From Octopus sinensis (Eukaryota), in contig NC_043004.1 of the NCBI RefSeq assembly GCF_006345805.1, forward strand, positions 67,394,001-67,458,000: a stretch of DNA of 64,000 nt. Direction: 5' to 3'. Positions 1-11,328 of this stretch are shown one piece after another. A program made the translations under genes and the position numbers. Positions within the stretch are counted from its first letter, which is position 1; every line of letters begins with the position of its first letter. The notes beneath the pieces were generated by a model that was not told the origin of the DNA, ran no database searches, and saw only the letters and a list, made by a program, of their open reading frames with translations.

Positions 1-5
1 AGCAA

Positions 6-848
6 TGCGGCGAGCTGGCAGAAACGTTAGCACGCCTGGCGAAATGCTTAGATGTATTTCGTCTGCCGATACGTTCTGAGTTCAAATTCCACCGAGGTCG
101 ACTTTGCCTTTGATCCTTTCGGGGTCGATTAAATAAGTACCAGTTACGCACTGGGGTCGATATAATCGCCTTAATCCGTTTGTCTGTCCTTGTTTGTCCT
201 CTCTGTGTTTAGCCCTTTGTGGGTAGTAAAAAAATAGGTATTTCTTCTGTCTTTAAGTTCTGAGTTCAAATTCCATCGAGTTCGACCTTGCTTTTCATCC
301 TTTTGGGTCAATAAATTGAGTACCAGTTCCCAAATACGGTCGATCTCAATCGACTAGTCCCCTCCGCAAAAATTTCGAGCCCTGTGCCTAGAGTAGAGAA
401 GTTTATGTTCTGAGTTCAAATTCCGCTATGGTCGACTTTGCCTTTCAGCTTTTTGGGGTGGATAAAGTACCACTTCTGTAGTGGAGTAAGTCTAATCGAC
501 TGTCCCTCTCCCACAGAATTTCCGGCCTTGTGCCTAGAATAGAAAAGTTTATTTTGTGAGCTCAAATTCCGCCGAGGTCGATGTTGCATTTCATCCTTAA
601 CAGGTCAATAAATCAAGTACCAGTTGTGTACTTGGTCGATCTAATCGACTGGCCCACTCCCACAAAATTTCCAGCCTTATGCTAGAATAGGCACAATTTA
701 TGTTCTGAGTTCAAATTCTGCCGAGGTCGATTTTGCCTTTCATCCTTCAGAGCTCGTTAAATTAAGTGCCAGTTGTGTACAGGGTTCGCTCCAATCGACT
801 GTCCCTATCCCTAATAATATCGGGCCTCGTGCCTAGAGTAGAAAAGAA
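6..848 (+). mobile_element. tRNA-derived SINE (family M) with tandemly amplified B-box/central-domain units
   Basis: Head GCGGCGAGCTGGCAGAAACGTTAGC followed by five units starting GTTCTGAGTTCAAATTCC (at ~73, 257, 407, 555, 702). Each carries GGTCGACTTTGCCTTTCATCC..GGGGTCGAT..AAGTACCAG. The same family recurs more than 10 times in the window. Confidence 0.85.
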
Positions 849-1419
849 TACAAAAAACAGCCGAGTAATCAGATTAAGTTAATTGACGCTCAATCTGCTT
901 TCAAATTGCCACCTCTGTGCCTGAATCCGGTGTTTATTGATGTTTCTGATACCGTATATTTCATAGATGTTAAATGTTCTTTTTGTTGTCGCTTATGTCG
1001 TGACCTTCCGGTTATGTTTGTTCACCAGAATGTAGGCCTTACAGCGTTTATATTTCAATTGTCTTATTTTACCTTATTTCACTCAATCGTATTCTTAATT
1101 AGAGTGCAAATTATTCAACATACATTCTTCGACTTCCATTTTCCAACCTATATTCCACCTATGTTCTTCCATATTATTTTATTTCATTCCATTTATTTAT
1201 TTTATTTAATTATTTACTTTATTTATTCTTCGATTCTATTCTCTTTCCGATATAAAACAAGGAAAGAAAATGCAGATTTCCTTTTTTTTCTTTTCTTTTG
1301 CTTGCTCTTTCTGTTGTTATTGTTGTTGTTGATGTCACAATTGTTGTAGATGTTGTTGCTCTAACTGCTACTGTTTTTGTTGATTTTACAAAGATTCCAA
1401 TCTCTTTGAAACAGAAAAT

Positions 1420-2660
1420 TTGATGATGATGATGATGTCGACGGGGAGGATGAGGAGGAAGACGTCGACGACGTCGACAATGATGACGACGATAATCGTG
1501 AAGATGATGATGATGATAAAATCGATGGCTTTCATGATGTTTGGATCAGGCCAAAGATGATGATGATGTTCATGTCAGTGATGGTGATGATGGTGACAGT
1601 GATGAGGATGAGGATGATGATAATGATGATGATGGCTGTGGTTGTGGTGGTGGTGGTAGTGATGGTGGTGGTGATACTATACTTCGTTTGCCATTGATTT
1701 GTTTTTTTTTCATAGACATTGATGTTACTGTTGCTATTGTTGTTTTCGTTGTTGTTGCTTTTGGTGTTGTTGTTGTCGTTGTTGTTGTTGCTGCTGCTAC
1801 TGTTGTTGTTATTGTTGTTGTTGATGTTGTTATCACACATAACTCCAGGTTATGAAACAAAACAAAGGGACAAACGAAGGCATAAGTTCTTCTTTTTGGC
1901 ATTGTTTTCCAAGCTGTTGTTTACGAAACCTATTCTTGTTGTTGCTAACTTCGAAGATGATGATGATGACGATGATGACGACGATGAAGATTATGAAGCT
2001 GTGGAGGAGGAGGACGACGAGTGTGGGGATCATGATGAGGATGATGAGGATAATGGTGATTGTGATGGTGGTGATTGTTGTGGTAGGGATTATGATGGGG
2101 ATGAGGACGGTATTGGTGGTGTTGCTACTGATGATAATGAAGATGACGATGATGATTACGATGATGATGATGATGATGATGATGACGGTGATTGTGGTGG
2201 TGGTAGTAGTGATGGTGGTCGCGTTGTGGTTGTGGTGGTGATGATGGCGATGTTGCTAATGATGATGATGAAGATGACGGTGATGATTACAATGATGAAG
2301 ATGATGATGCTGATGCTGAAGACGATGAAGATTATGAAGCTGAGGAGGAGAGGGAGAGGACGAGGGTGAGGAGGACGAGGGTTATGATGATGATGGTGAT
2401 TGTGATAGTGGTGGTGGTGGTGATGGTGACGGTGATGGTGATGAATATGGTGATGAGGACGGTGTTAATGGTGTTGGTACTGATGATGAGGAGGATGACG
2501 ATGATGATTACGATTATGATGATGATGATGATGATGAAGATGATGATGATGATGATGATGATGATGATAACGATGAAGATTATGAGGCTAATCGTCATGG
2601 CGATCGTGACGATGATGCTGGCCATGATGATGATAATGACAATCGCCACCGGCAACAACG
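1420..2660. repeat. Degenerate trinucleotide mosaic (GAT/GGT/GTT/GAG)
   Basis: Directly visible; source of the poly-D/M/V ORFs in the track. Confidence 0.95.
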
Positions 2661-2744
2661 GCATCATAACCTATGGGGAAATACCAGGAATAGAACGCTA
2701 GATCTCTTAAACAATAGAACCCATCCATAGCAGCGGCAGCAATG

Positions 2745-2789
2745 TCATTATCATTATTATTATCATTTTTACTCCTCTTCTTCTTCTTC

Positions 2790-2862
<73 letters not shown>

Positions 2863-2896
2863 TATTATTATTATCATTATTATTATTATTATTTTT

Positions 2897-2928
<32 letters not shown>

Positions 2929-3196
2929 TATCATCGTTATTAATATTATTATCATTATTATTATTATTGCTGTTACCATTATTATAATTAATATTATTAT
3001 CATCATTATTATTATAGTAGTAGTTGTTGTAATAACAGCAGTAGTAGTAACAGCAGTAGTAGTAACAGCAGCAGTAGTAATATTAGTAGCAGCAACAGCA
3101 GTAGTAGTAGTGGTAGTAATAGTAGTAGTAGTAGTAGTAGCAGAAGCAGCAGTAGTAGCAGCAGCAGCAGCAGCAATAGTAGTAGTAGTAGTAGTA

Positions 3197-3240
<44 letters not shown>
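2745..3240. repeat. Compound trinucleotide microsatellite (ATT)n-(CAT)n-(AGT)n-(GCA)n
   Basis: Directly visible. Confidence 0.97.
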
Positions 3241-3384
3241 ACTGTTTTTGTTGTTTTTTGATGTTGCTAGTATTGTTATCAAATATGCCTTCTGGATATG
3301 AACGTAAAAGACAAGCAAAATGGATTTGTTTACTTTTCCAATGGAGGTTGTGTCTGTCTGTATGTCTGTTTTCACTTGTGGGCG

Positions 3385-3535
3385 ACTGTGTGTGTGTGTG
3401 TGTGTGTGGGTGTGTATGTGTGTTCCTCTGAACGCGGACGGGTTTTCCTATACTCTTGTTTTGCACGTTCTGCGGATGTATACACTTCTGTGAGTTAACT
3501 ATGTGCGTGTGCGTCTGTGTGTGCATGTGTGTGTT

Positions 3536-3568
<33 letters not shown>

Positions 3569-3569
3569 T

Positions 3570-3612
<43 letters not shown>
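3385..3612. repeat. (GT)n microsatellite
   Basis: Directly visible. Confidence 0.97.
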
Positions 3613-3613
<1 letters not shown>

Positions 3614-4069
3614 TTTGTTTTACATAGCTGTTGAGCATTGTGAAGCATGGTGAAGATGATTATAATAACAGCGATCACGGCGAAGACTATGCATGAAGAC
3701 GTTAATGATGATGATGATGAGGAGGAGGAAAAGAAGATTTAGAACAAAAACAACATCAGCAACAAGGAGAAGACGAAGATCAAGAACAATAACAATAAGA
3801 CGAATTTATAGATAGTAATGTTGTGGATTTTATTATTTTATTTTTCCTGTTTTTTTTTTGTCGATATTGTTGTTGCTGCTGTTATTGTTTCAACACATTC
3901 TATTTTTGTTACCTTTCTGTTGTTCAAACTTTCGATTGTTATTCATGTTCGTGTGGACGTCATCGCTGTTGCTAGCGTTTTGTTCTTGTTTTTTTTATGC
4001 TTGTGTACTTTGTTTATTTTTTATTCTCCATATTTTGTACCATTGACCTAACAACATTATTTTCTTTTT

Positions 4070-4220
4070 GTAGTTGTACGGTAAGAAGTAGGCTTCTCAA
4101 CCACATGGTTCCGGGTTCAGTCCTACTGTGTGTCACCTTCGATGAGTGTTTTTGCTATAGCTACGGGTCGACGAAATACTTCTGAGTTGATATGGTAGGC
4201 GGAAAGTGAAAGAAGCCCGT
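4070..4220 (+). mobile_element. tRNA/CORE-like SINE (family C), degraded 5' half
   Basis: CAACCACATGGTTCCGGGTTCAGTCC...GGAAAGTGAAAGAAGCCCGTC matches the best copy at 38510-38998; followed by (AT)n. Confidence 0.8.
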
Positions 4221-4238
4221 CACACACACACATATATA

Positions 4239-4293
<55 letters not shown>

Positions 4294-4325
4294 ATATATA
4301 ATAAATATACATGTACGTATGTATG

Positions 4326-4459
4326 TAGGCGCAGGTGCGCCTATGTGGTAAAAAGCTTGCTTCTCAGCCTCATGTTTCTTTTACTATACCCACGGGCCGA
4401 CCAGATCCTTGTGAGTGGATTTGGTAGACGGAAACTGAAAGAAGCCCGTCGTATATATT

Positions 4460-4504
<45 letters not shown>

Positions 4505-4670
4505 ATCCTTGTGTCTGTGTCCCAATTACCTCTTGAAAACCGGTGTGGGTTTGTTTACCTCCTCTTAACTTCTAGGTTACGGGAAGGTAATAGGCTTAAG
4601 AAAGAGAAGTACTGCTGTCGATTCAGTCGACCAAAAGTTATTCTAGGTGGTGACCCAGCATTCGCCTAAA
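4326..4670 (+). mobile_element. SINE family C with internal (AT)/(GT) microsatellite and deletions
   Basis: GTGAGTGGATTTGGTAGACGGAAACTGAAAGAAGCCCGTCG, then microsatellite, then degraded tail; collinear with the 38510-38998 copy. Confidence 0.8.
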
Positions 4671-4696
4671 GCAGATAGAAAATAAATATAAGAAAA

Positions 4697-4763
4697 GCGG
4701 CCGAAATGTTGTCTTAACAACAAATAAAATGACGACAAATGTCCGCCAAATGTAAATAATGTA
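4697..4763 (+). mobile_element. 3' remnant of the repeat seen at 32481-32680
   Basis: CCGAAATGTTGTCTTAACAACAAATAAAATGACGACAAATGTCCG resembles the minus-strand CCGAGACTTTGTGTTAACAATGAACAGATGAGGACAAATATCCG at ~32484-32530. Confidence 0.55.
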
Positions 4764-6011
4764 AGAAAAACATCATTTGACTTCACTAAAACCACCGAAT
4801 ATCATAAAAAGTGTTATAAACCGGGCGACAGGTTAAATCTACCAGCCAAGAAAGCTATTGCGAGATTTTGAGCGCAGGCCCCAAAGAAGCAGAACAATTA
4901 TCACCAGGGATCTGCTCCAGCATCCTTGCAGTTCCGACAATTCTCTACCTTGGATTGTTACTCTTCTATCGTCCCCGAAGGTATGGAACAAGTTGATCAC
5001 ATCGGAACTTGAAATCATAACACATTATAATATAGCCAACGTTTATTGCTTCTGTCTTGTTCATCTCGCTAGGGATATTGCGTAGAAAATTACCATAGTC
5101 TCGCATTTATTTGTTATTCATAACGTTGAAACTCCTCTTTATAAACTTAGTAACGTAGTATTCAATATCAACATTATTTTTCGAAAATCGTTTGAACGTA
5201 TCAAGAGCGCAGCGATTTTTGATGCATTTTGGATGTGTTCCCAAACAGAATTAAGACGTAATGTTTGTTTTCTGCCGATATATATTTAATGGTTTTCTTT
5301 GCATGCATGCAAAATGTGGTGCTATAAATGCCAGCTAAGAGAGGTTTTTTTTTTTTTTACCTTTTGAACCTCAGTATAACTCAGCAAATACGCATCTTTA
5401 AAAACAAGAATTAGCACAGATATTTAAGAGTAAAAAAACCCGAACATGACGAAAAACTGGTAATGACATTTCGGTGAACCGGTTCGCTGATGGATTCTAA
5501 TGGTGTTTCTGGCAAAATCCAACACATTACAAACACATGTATAGATACGTAAAATAACACAATAGGAAAAATGGAGAGCATCTTACAATTCGAAAATGAA
5601 AAAGTTTAATAACCTTTAAATATTTCAGGCACAAATTCCCATCATCATAAGTAAGCAGTAAGAAATGTTAGTCTATTACATTGCCGGTATTACTTAGAAT
5701 AACATTTCTTTGCAGTTTCTTTTTATCTGATGATGTTCCTCTGTGTCTGAAATATATAGAAATTATTAAAAATCTTTCTTATTCTCATTGTAAGAACCTC
5801 TCGGTCTTGAGGATTTTGTTTTTTACTAATCACAATGCTTCGAGCAAGCAACACTCTCCCACATATAGGTTTTACGAACAGAAAATGATTCCAGTGAATG
5901 TTTGGTATGGTTTATTCACGTGAACAACATACAGGATATCGGTGATACGTAATGGATAGCTGTGCGTTTTTGCCCATATAAATCCTAAGTTTCTAAACAA
6001 ATCTTTAATAA

Positions 6012-6180
6012 ATAGGAGTGTATGTGTCATAAGTAGCTTGCTTGCGAACCACATGGCTTCTGGTTCAGTCCCACTGCGTGGCACCTTGGGCAGGTATCTT
6101 CTTTCTCAGCTTTGGGCCGACCAAAGACTTGTGAGTGAATTTGGTGGATGGAAACTGAAAGAAGACCGTAGTACATATGT
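6012..6180 (+). mobile_element. SINE family C, 5' half
   Basis: GAACCACATGGCTTCTGGTTCAGTCCCACTGCGTGGCACCTTGGGCAGG; the GGCACCTTGGGCAAG segment resembles the CORE-SINE domain. Confidence 0.85.
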
Positions 6181-6247
6181 ATATAGATCGTTAGCCACTA
6201 GACACATTTTTTCTCTCCTTTTTTTCTCTCCTTGCTTTTTCTGTGTT

Positions 6248-6285
6248 TCTTTCTGTAGAAGAGCGTAGGCTCGAAATGTAAAAGA
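6248..6285 (+). ncRNA. Minimal hammerhead-ribozyme-like motif (variant or decayed) in a ~200-bp pyrimidine-rich repeat (~6185-6385)
   Basis: Stem I TCTTT/AAAGA, core CTGTAGAA (A6 altered, extra A), stem II GAGC-gtag-GCTC, then GAAA-T-GTA. Same architecture as 52535-52569, and both are followed by CCTGAGCGT. Confidence 0.55.
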
Positions 6286-7109
6286 CTTTTTTCTATTCCT
6301 GAGCGTTATACTAATACATTTGTTTGTTTTGTACACCACCTGTCTTCGTCTTTTGTTTTTTTCGTAAACTCTCCCTATATATGTACACATATATTATACA
6401 ACAGCGTCTGATAGAACGTTTTCAATCTCTGCCGCCGTCATTACCATCGCCGTCTCCATCTCCGTCGATGTCAACTTGTACACATCAACAACTACACAGG
6501 TTTAACTCACGCTGTTTGTGTGAATCTTTCAGAGAAGAAAAACAGTTAGCTACCTGAATAACTATCTATACCAAGAGACTTGGTTCGGCATCGAAGCCCC
6601 AACCGCTGTATGCACCACAAGTGCCTCGGCTGGCCTCCGCCTCGAGATGCCCAACATCTTGTTATAGAATTTACTATTGTGTACCTCATGAACTGGTAAA
6701 CTAACTCTATCTGAACTCAATATGCTGAGACTTATCTTATGTTCTGTATTTCTGTTGTATATGCATACAACTTTGTCTGTACCTTTTGTCGCACACTCGG
6801 ACACACAGACATAAATACAATGCGCACGCATTCATACACAACACTACGCTAGCACTCACAACACTTTCACTTTGTACACTGTGTAAATAAAGTCTTCTTC
6901 TCTCTCAAAGAGTAGAACGGCTTGTCGTCCTTCATTATATCTTTTGGCACTGTATGTTATATTATGTATATTGTTTCTTATTATGTTGGGGGTGACCGTG
7001 CGGCGTTTAAAGGGAGACATTTGTAACCGACTCTTTACGTGCGGTCGTATTCCTACATTGTCAAAAGCCAGCAATTTCTGAGTGAAGTGGGTGGAGATGG
7101 GGGGCGAGT

Positions 7110-7275
7110 CTGGTCGATCTCATTGATTCCAGTACTCGATTAATATGTAATTTTCTTACTACTGCGAAAGTCTAAATGGTGAAGCCGACAGTGGAAACGG
7201 CGGTGGGATTTGAACTCAAAACGTAAGGGAACAGAAGATATGCCGCGAAGCATTTTGTCCAACGATTTTACCAGT
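7110..7275 (-). mobile_element. SINE family M, highly degraded
   Basis: GGCGGTGGGATTTGAACTCAAAACGTAAG is the reverse complement of the family M B-box region. Confidence 0.6.
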
Positions 7276-8055
7276 ACCTACCTTAATAAACCTGCGTATA
7301 TGAAAAGTTAAATTAAACTTGATAAATATATTTGCATATATTAACACATTTCTAAACAGCTTGTTCAAACGTTAAATTACTTGTGTGTTACCAGTGTTTC
7401 GTTTCACACAATCTGAGCTAATAATCCTAACGGAAAGTTATATAGTTTAATATAGTGAGACAAAACTTTAATATACCTGTTAATGTCATTTTTAAGCTTG
7501 CTGCTTCGAAAAGTGTTAAAATGCTCATTTTGATTTCGCCATTTTATTTTCATTCACAACAACAGTGGGTTTTCAAGCAGGGCTTCCGTGTTTAAGTGGT
7601 CAACGTACCCAGCTGCTGATCAACATAAGTAGAAGATTCGGAGCAAACACCTGCAAATTTTATATCTTCGTTCTCTCAACGGACATACTAACATTGTGTA
7701 GGTGAATTGTTTACAATCGTCGTAAGATAGCACAGGCTAAAACCACCTTTAGGTTATTTGAGACAAAACAATGCTAACACACAGATGTACATCTGTATAT
7801 GTTTATTATGTAGATATATACGTTATCTGAATGGTTTCCGTTTTCAGCTCTCACTAGCAGGCTATTCAACTTACCTGTTTATCTTATAGATTGGTTCTTC
7901 ATCCTTTTATAAATACCTAAGTGTGAGTAGAAATGCTTCGGTTTTGTCGAAAGCATATAGTAATGCTATCTGATTAGAAATATAGTGATATTAGTTTTCA
8001 CTGTTAGGGCATTTCAGTTTTATTTGGATTTACTCGTCACAACTTCTTTGTCGTA

Positions 8056-8057
<2 letters not shown>

Positions 8058-8154
<97 letters not shown>

Positions 8155-8168
8155 ATATATATATAATA
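8058..8168. repeat. (AT)n microsatellite
   Basis: Directly visible. Confidence 0.97.
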
Positions 8169-8177
8169 AATTTAAAA

Positions 8178-8425
8178 AATGCACCCTTTTAAAGCCTAGT
8201 CAGGCTCATGGGCACTGTTTCCCGGTTTCTATGGCATATGTGTTCCCCAGCTTGACGGGACGCTAGTCCACCGCAGCGTTACTCATTTTTGCCAGCTGAG
8301 TGGACTGGAACAACGTGAAATGAAGTGTTTTGGTCAAGAAAACGACGCATCGCCCGGTCCAGAAATCGAAACCACAATCATACGATCATGGTGCTGACAC
8401 CCTAGCCACTAAGCCACACACCTCC
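8178..8425 (-). mobile_element. tRNA-derived SINE, head B + tail Y
   Basis: Minus strand: GTGGCTTAGTGGCTAGGG (A box), TTTCGATTTC (B box), CATTTCACGTTGTTCCAGTCCACTCAGCTGGCAAAAATGAGT, then tail AACGCTGCGGTGGACTAGCGTCCCG..CCCATGAGCCTG. Confidence 0.85.
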
Positions 8426-8428
8426 ACG

Positions 8429-8498
<70 letters not shown>

Positions 8499-8537
8499 TG
8501 TGTGTGCGTGTGTATGTGTGTATGTGTGTGTGTGTTT

Positions 8538-8640
8538 GTGGAGGCGCAATGGCCCAGTGGTTAGGGAAGCGGACTCGCGATCGTAGGATCGCGATTTCGA
8601 TTTCCAGAGCGGGCGTTGTGAGTGTTTATTGCGCGAAAAC
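8538..8640 (+). mobile_element. tRNA-derived SINE head A, truncated
   Basis: GGAGGCGCAATGGCCCAGTGGTTAGGG..TTTCGATTTCC matches the head at 39730-39809. Confidence 0.85.
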
Positions 8641-9550
8641 AGATAAATCGACTGGCCCCCTCCACCATAATTTCTGACTTTGTGTCTAGAGTAGAAAACA
8701 ATAAAGTCAGCCGTGAAATTAATTACCACTTGCGTACGGGGGTCAATGTCATTGACTGGCCCACCAAAAAAAATTGGGGCCTTGTGCCTAGAGTTGCACG
8801 TCGTCCGTTAAATTAAGTACCAGTTGCGTACAGAGATCAATCTAATCGTCTGCAATCCCCTCCCCCACAAAAAATTGGGGGGCTTTATACCTTGTGTAGA
8901 AAACAATATGGCGGCGAACTGGTAGAAACGTTAGCACGCCGGGCAATATGCGTAGCCGTATTTCGTCTGCCGTGGCGAGCTGGCAGAAATGATAGCAAAC
9001 CGGGCGAGAATGCTTAACGGTATTTCGTCCGCCGTTACGTTCTGAGTTCAAATTCCGCCGATGTCGACTTTGCCTTTCATCCTTTCGGGGTCTATAAATT
9101 AAGTACCAGTTACGCACTGGAGTCGATGTAATCGACTTAATCCGTTTGACTTTCCTTTGTTCCCACTGTGTTTAGCCATTTGTGGGTAGTAAAGAAATAG
9201 GCATTTCTTCTGTCTTTACGTTCTGGGTTCAAATTCCGCCGATGTCGACTTTGCCTTTCATCCTTTCGGGGTCTATAAATTAAGTACCAGTCACGCACTG
9301 GAGTCGATGTAATCGACTTAATCCGTTTGTCTGTCCTTGTTTGTCCCCTCTGTGTTTAGCCCTTTGTGGGTAGTAAAGAAATAGGCATTTCTTCTGTCTT
9401 TACGTTCTGAGTTCAAATTCCATCGAGGTCGACCTTGCTTTTCATCCTTTCGGGGTCGATGAATTAAGTACCAGTTGCATACCGGGGTCGATCTAATCGA
9501 CCCTCCACCTTTCCCCCAAGATTTCGGGCCTTTTGCATAGAGTAGAAAAC
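8641..9550 (+). mobile_element. SINE family M tandem cluster
   Basis: 3'-unit fragments (8641-8905), two consecutive heads (~8910, ~8974), then units starting GTTCTG(A/G)GTTCAAATTCC at ~9039, 9219 and 9404. Confidence 0.85.
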
Positions 9551-10674
9551 AAATATTCTGTCATTAACTATTATTTCTATCAGTCACTATCATTTCTACC
9601 AGTAACTTCGTAACTGATCCAAAATGATTTGTGTAATTATTCTTTCTCATATACAGATTCAAAATAGATAATAAAACGATAACTTTTGCATGGGAATTAA
9701 AGAAAGTATGCGTACGTTAAGAGGTTAATGGTGATTGTTTTATTTTCTCCCCTATTCTTATGCTCTCTGTTTGTTCTCCTGTCTCTTGTTTTTTCGCTAA
9801 TCATCCATCACTATATTTTTCTTTGTTTTTCTATCTCTGATGATGTTTTCTCTTTACTTATTTTATTCTATTATTTGGTTCTCTTTTCTTTTTACTCCTT
9901 ATCCTTTTTTGTACTTCTCTATTATTATAACTAACGCACGATGAATATATGAGTCTATAGGACAATAAATAGTTTTTACCGTTAACGTCGGCAACTAAAT
10001 TCGCATTTGTCTCAGTTAAGGCAAATGTTTTATCGGTGCCAACTTTCTGCTATGTTGGTTTATAGGTGCTTCGTTTGCAAACTTGCAGTTTAAGAAACCG
10101 TTCCCGCCTTTTACTCTCTGTGACTACAGTCGTGGGACAAATGAAATTTCTTCAATATTGGTATCTGACTCCAAGTTTCACTTGTTGATAACTCTGATTG
10201 TTACTCAAAATTTTGTTTTTCACTTGTTTGACATGGTTGTCTGATGTACTTGGTAGTCACATTATGCATTGCGTAATCTGAATAATTATATTATGCGTAT
10301 GTCAATAGAACGATTTCTAGGTTCACCCAAAATGCATTCGTCTATTCATATTATTTTTATTTCCACACGGCACACTTAGAGAGTTCTACTCTTCAGTAAA
10401 ACTTTGGAATGCCATTGAAGTTGCGGATTATATTGCAACATGAAATGCAATTCTTTGACTAGTTCACTGTCAACTGTGTAATTGTGTCCAGCCAATTAGC
10501 AGAGTTCATCAGGTTGATATACCTCGGACTCGAGCTTTTATGGATCCATTATAACCGAATGATATATGCATGTATTTACACCAACACCCACACAGTCACC
10601 TCCTCCTATATATATATATATATAAATAAAATGAATAAAAAATGGAGTTAACGCAGGTGTAATCAAATATTTTT

Positions 10675-10760
10675 ACTTTCGACACATGTTTCGAAAATTC
10701 CACTGATGCTATTCAAAAGAATAAATGGTATAAACAATGCAATCTTCTCCCCGGGAAAGT
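10675..10760 (-). ncRNA. Inverted hammerhead ribozyme copy with mutated core (CCGGGGA)
   Basis: Reverse complement of 11243-11328 with the same stems, but U4>C and A6>G in the CUGANGA box. Confidence 0.75.
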
Positions 10761-10792
10761 GAAAAAAAACGAAACTCGTCAATAAGACATTT

Positions 10793-11041
10793 CTATCCAT
10801 TACTCAACATTTAGGGAGCAAACTGATTTGGGATTTAAAAGACCACAATGAACAATTTCATTTAGAATGGTTGATTCTCTCAATTTCGATACCATATGAC
10901 AAAGGCAAGAAATTCTGTCTTCTCTGCAATTCTGAGCTATTTTTCATTATTTTTTCTAAAAATACTCTAGTAAACACGGTTATAGAGCGAGCATACAGAT
11001 GTAAGCATTTGCAAAAACATACATTTAGTGCATATAAGTAG
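10793..11041 (+). pseudogene. C-terminal fragment of a PLE GIY-YIG endonuclease (82 codons, open frame, no start codon)
   Basis: Hand translation: LSITQHLGSKLIWDLKDHNEQFHLEWLILSISIPYDKGKKFCLLCNSELFFIIFSKNTLVNTVIERAYRCKHLQKHTFSAYK*. This matches the recalled invertebrate PLE motif SK.IW.LK....F.I.W.IL....PY..G.K.C.LC..E...I......N...E....C.H..K. Not in the ORF track. Confidence 0.8.
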
Positions 11042-11242
11042 TCTCTATCATTATATATAATTTAAACTCTAATTTCCTTTATATTTAACATTCACTATTA
11101 ATATCCCTACTCTTTCTGTTAGCTACTTATGACGTCATACCATATAACGTTTTTTTAAACAATATTAATAGCGTTCTGTCACTCGCTATACAAATCCATC
11201 ATTTTTTGCTAAAATGCCTTATTGACGAGTTTCGTTTTTTTC

Positions 11243-11328
11243 ACTTTCCTGAGGAGAAGATTGCATTGTTTATACCATTTATTCTTTTGAATAGTATCAG
11301 TGGAATTTTCGAAACATGTGTCGAAAGT
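11243..11328 (+). ncRNA. Type I hammerhead ribozyme, structurally complete
   Basis: Stem I ACTTTC(11243-48)/GAAAGT(11323-28); core CTGAGGA (11249-55); stem II GAAGATT/AATTTTC (one G-U); GAAAC (11311-15); ATGT; GTC cleavage triplet (11320-22). Confidence 0.85.

Noticed and set aside
906-3653. Long ORFs (up to 222 aa) rich in D, M, L, I, T, V and Y
   Set aside because: They are translations of trinucleotide and dinucleotide microsatellites that lack stops in several frames on both strands; no domain content.
4890-5000. Minus-strand VGTARML resembling the R4 C-terminal LLGTARIL motif
   Set aside because: Too short and degenerate to call without an alignment.
5726-5760. CTGATGA..GAAA spacing suggestive of an HHR
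   Set aside because: No stem I, II or III pairing and no NUH triplet.
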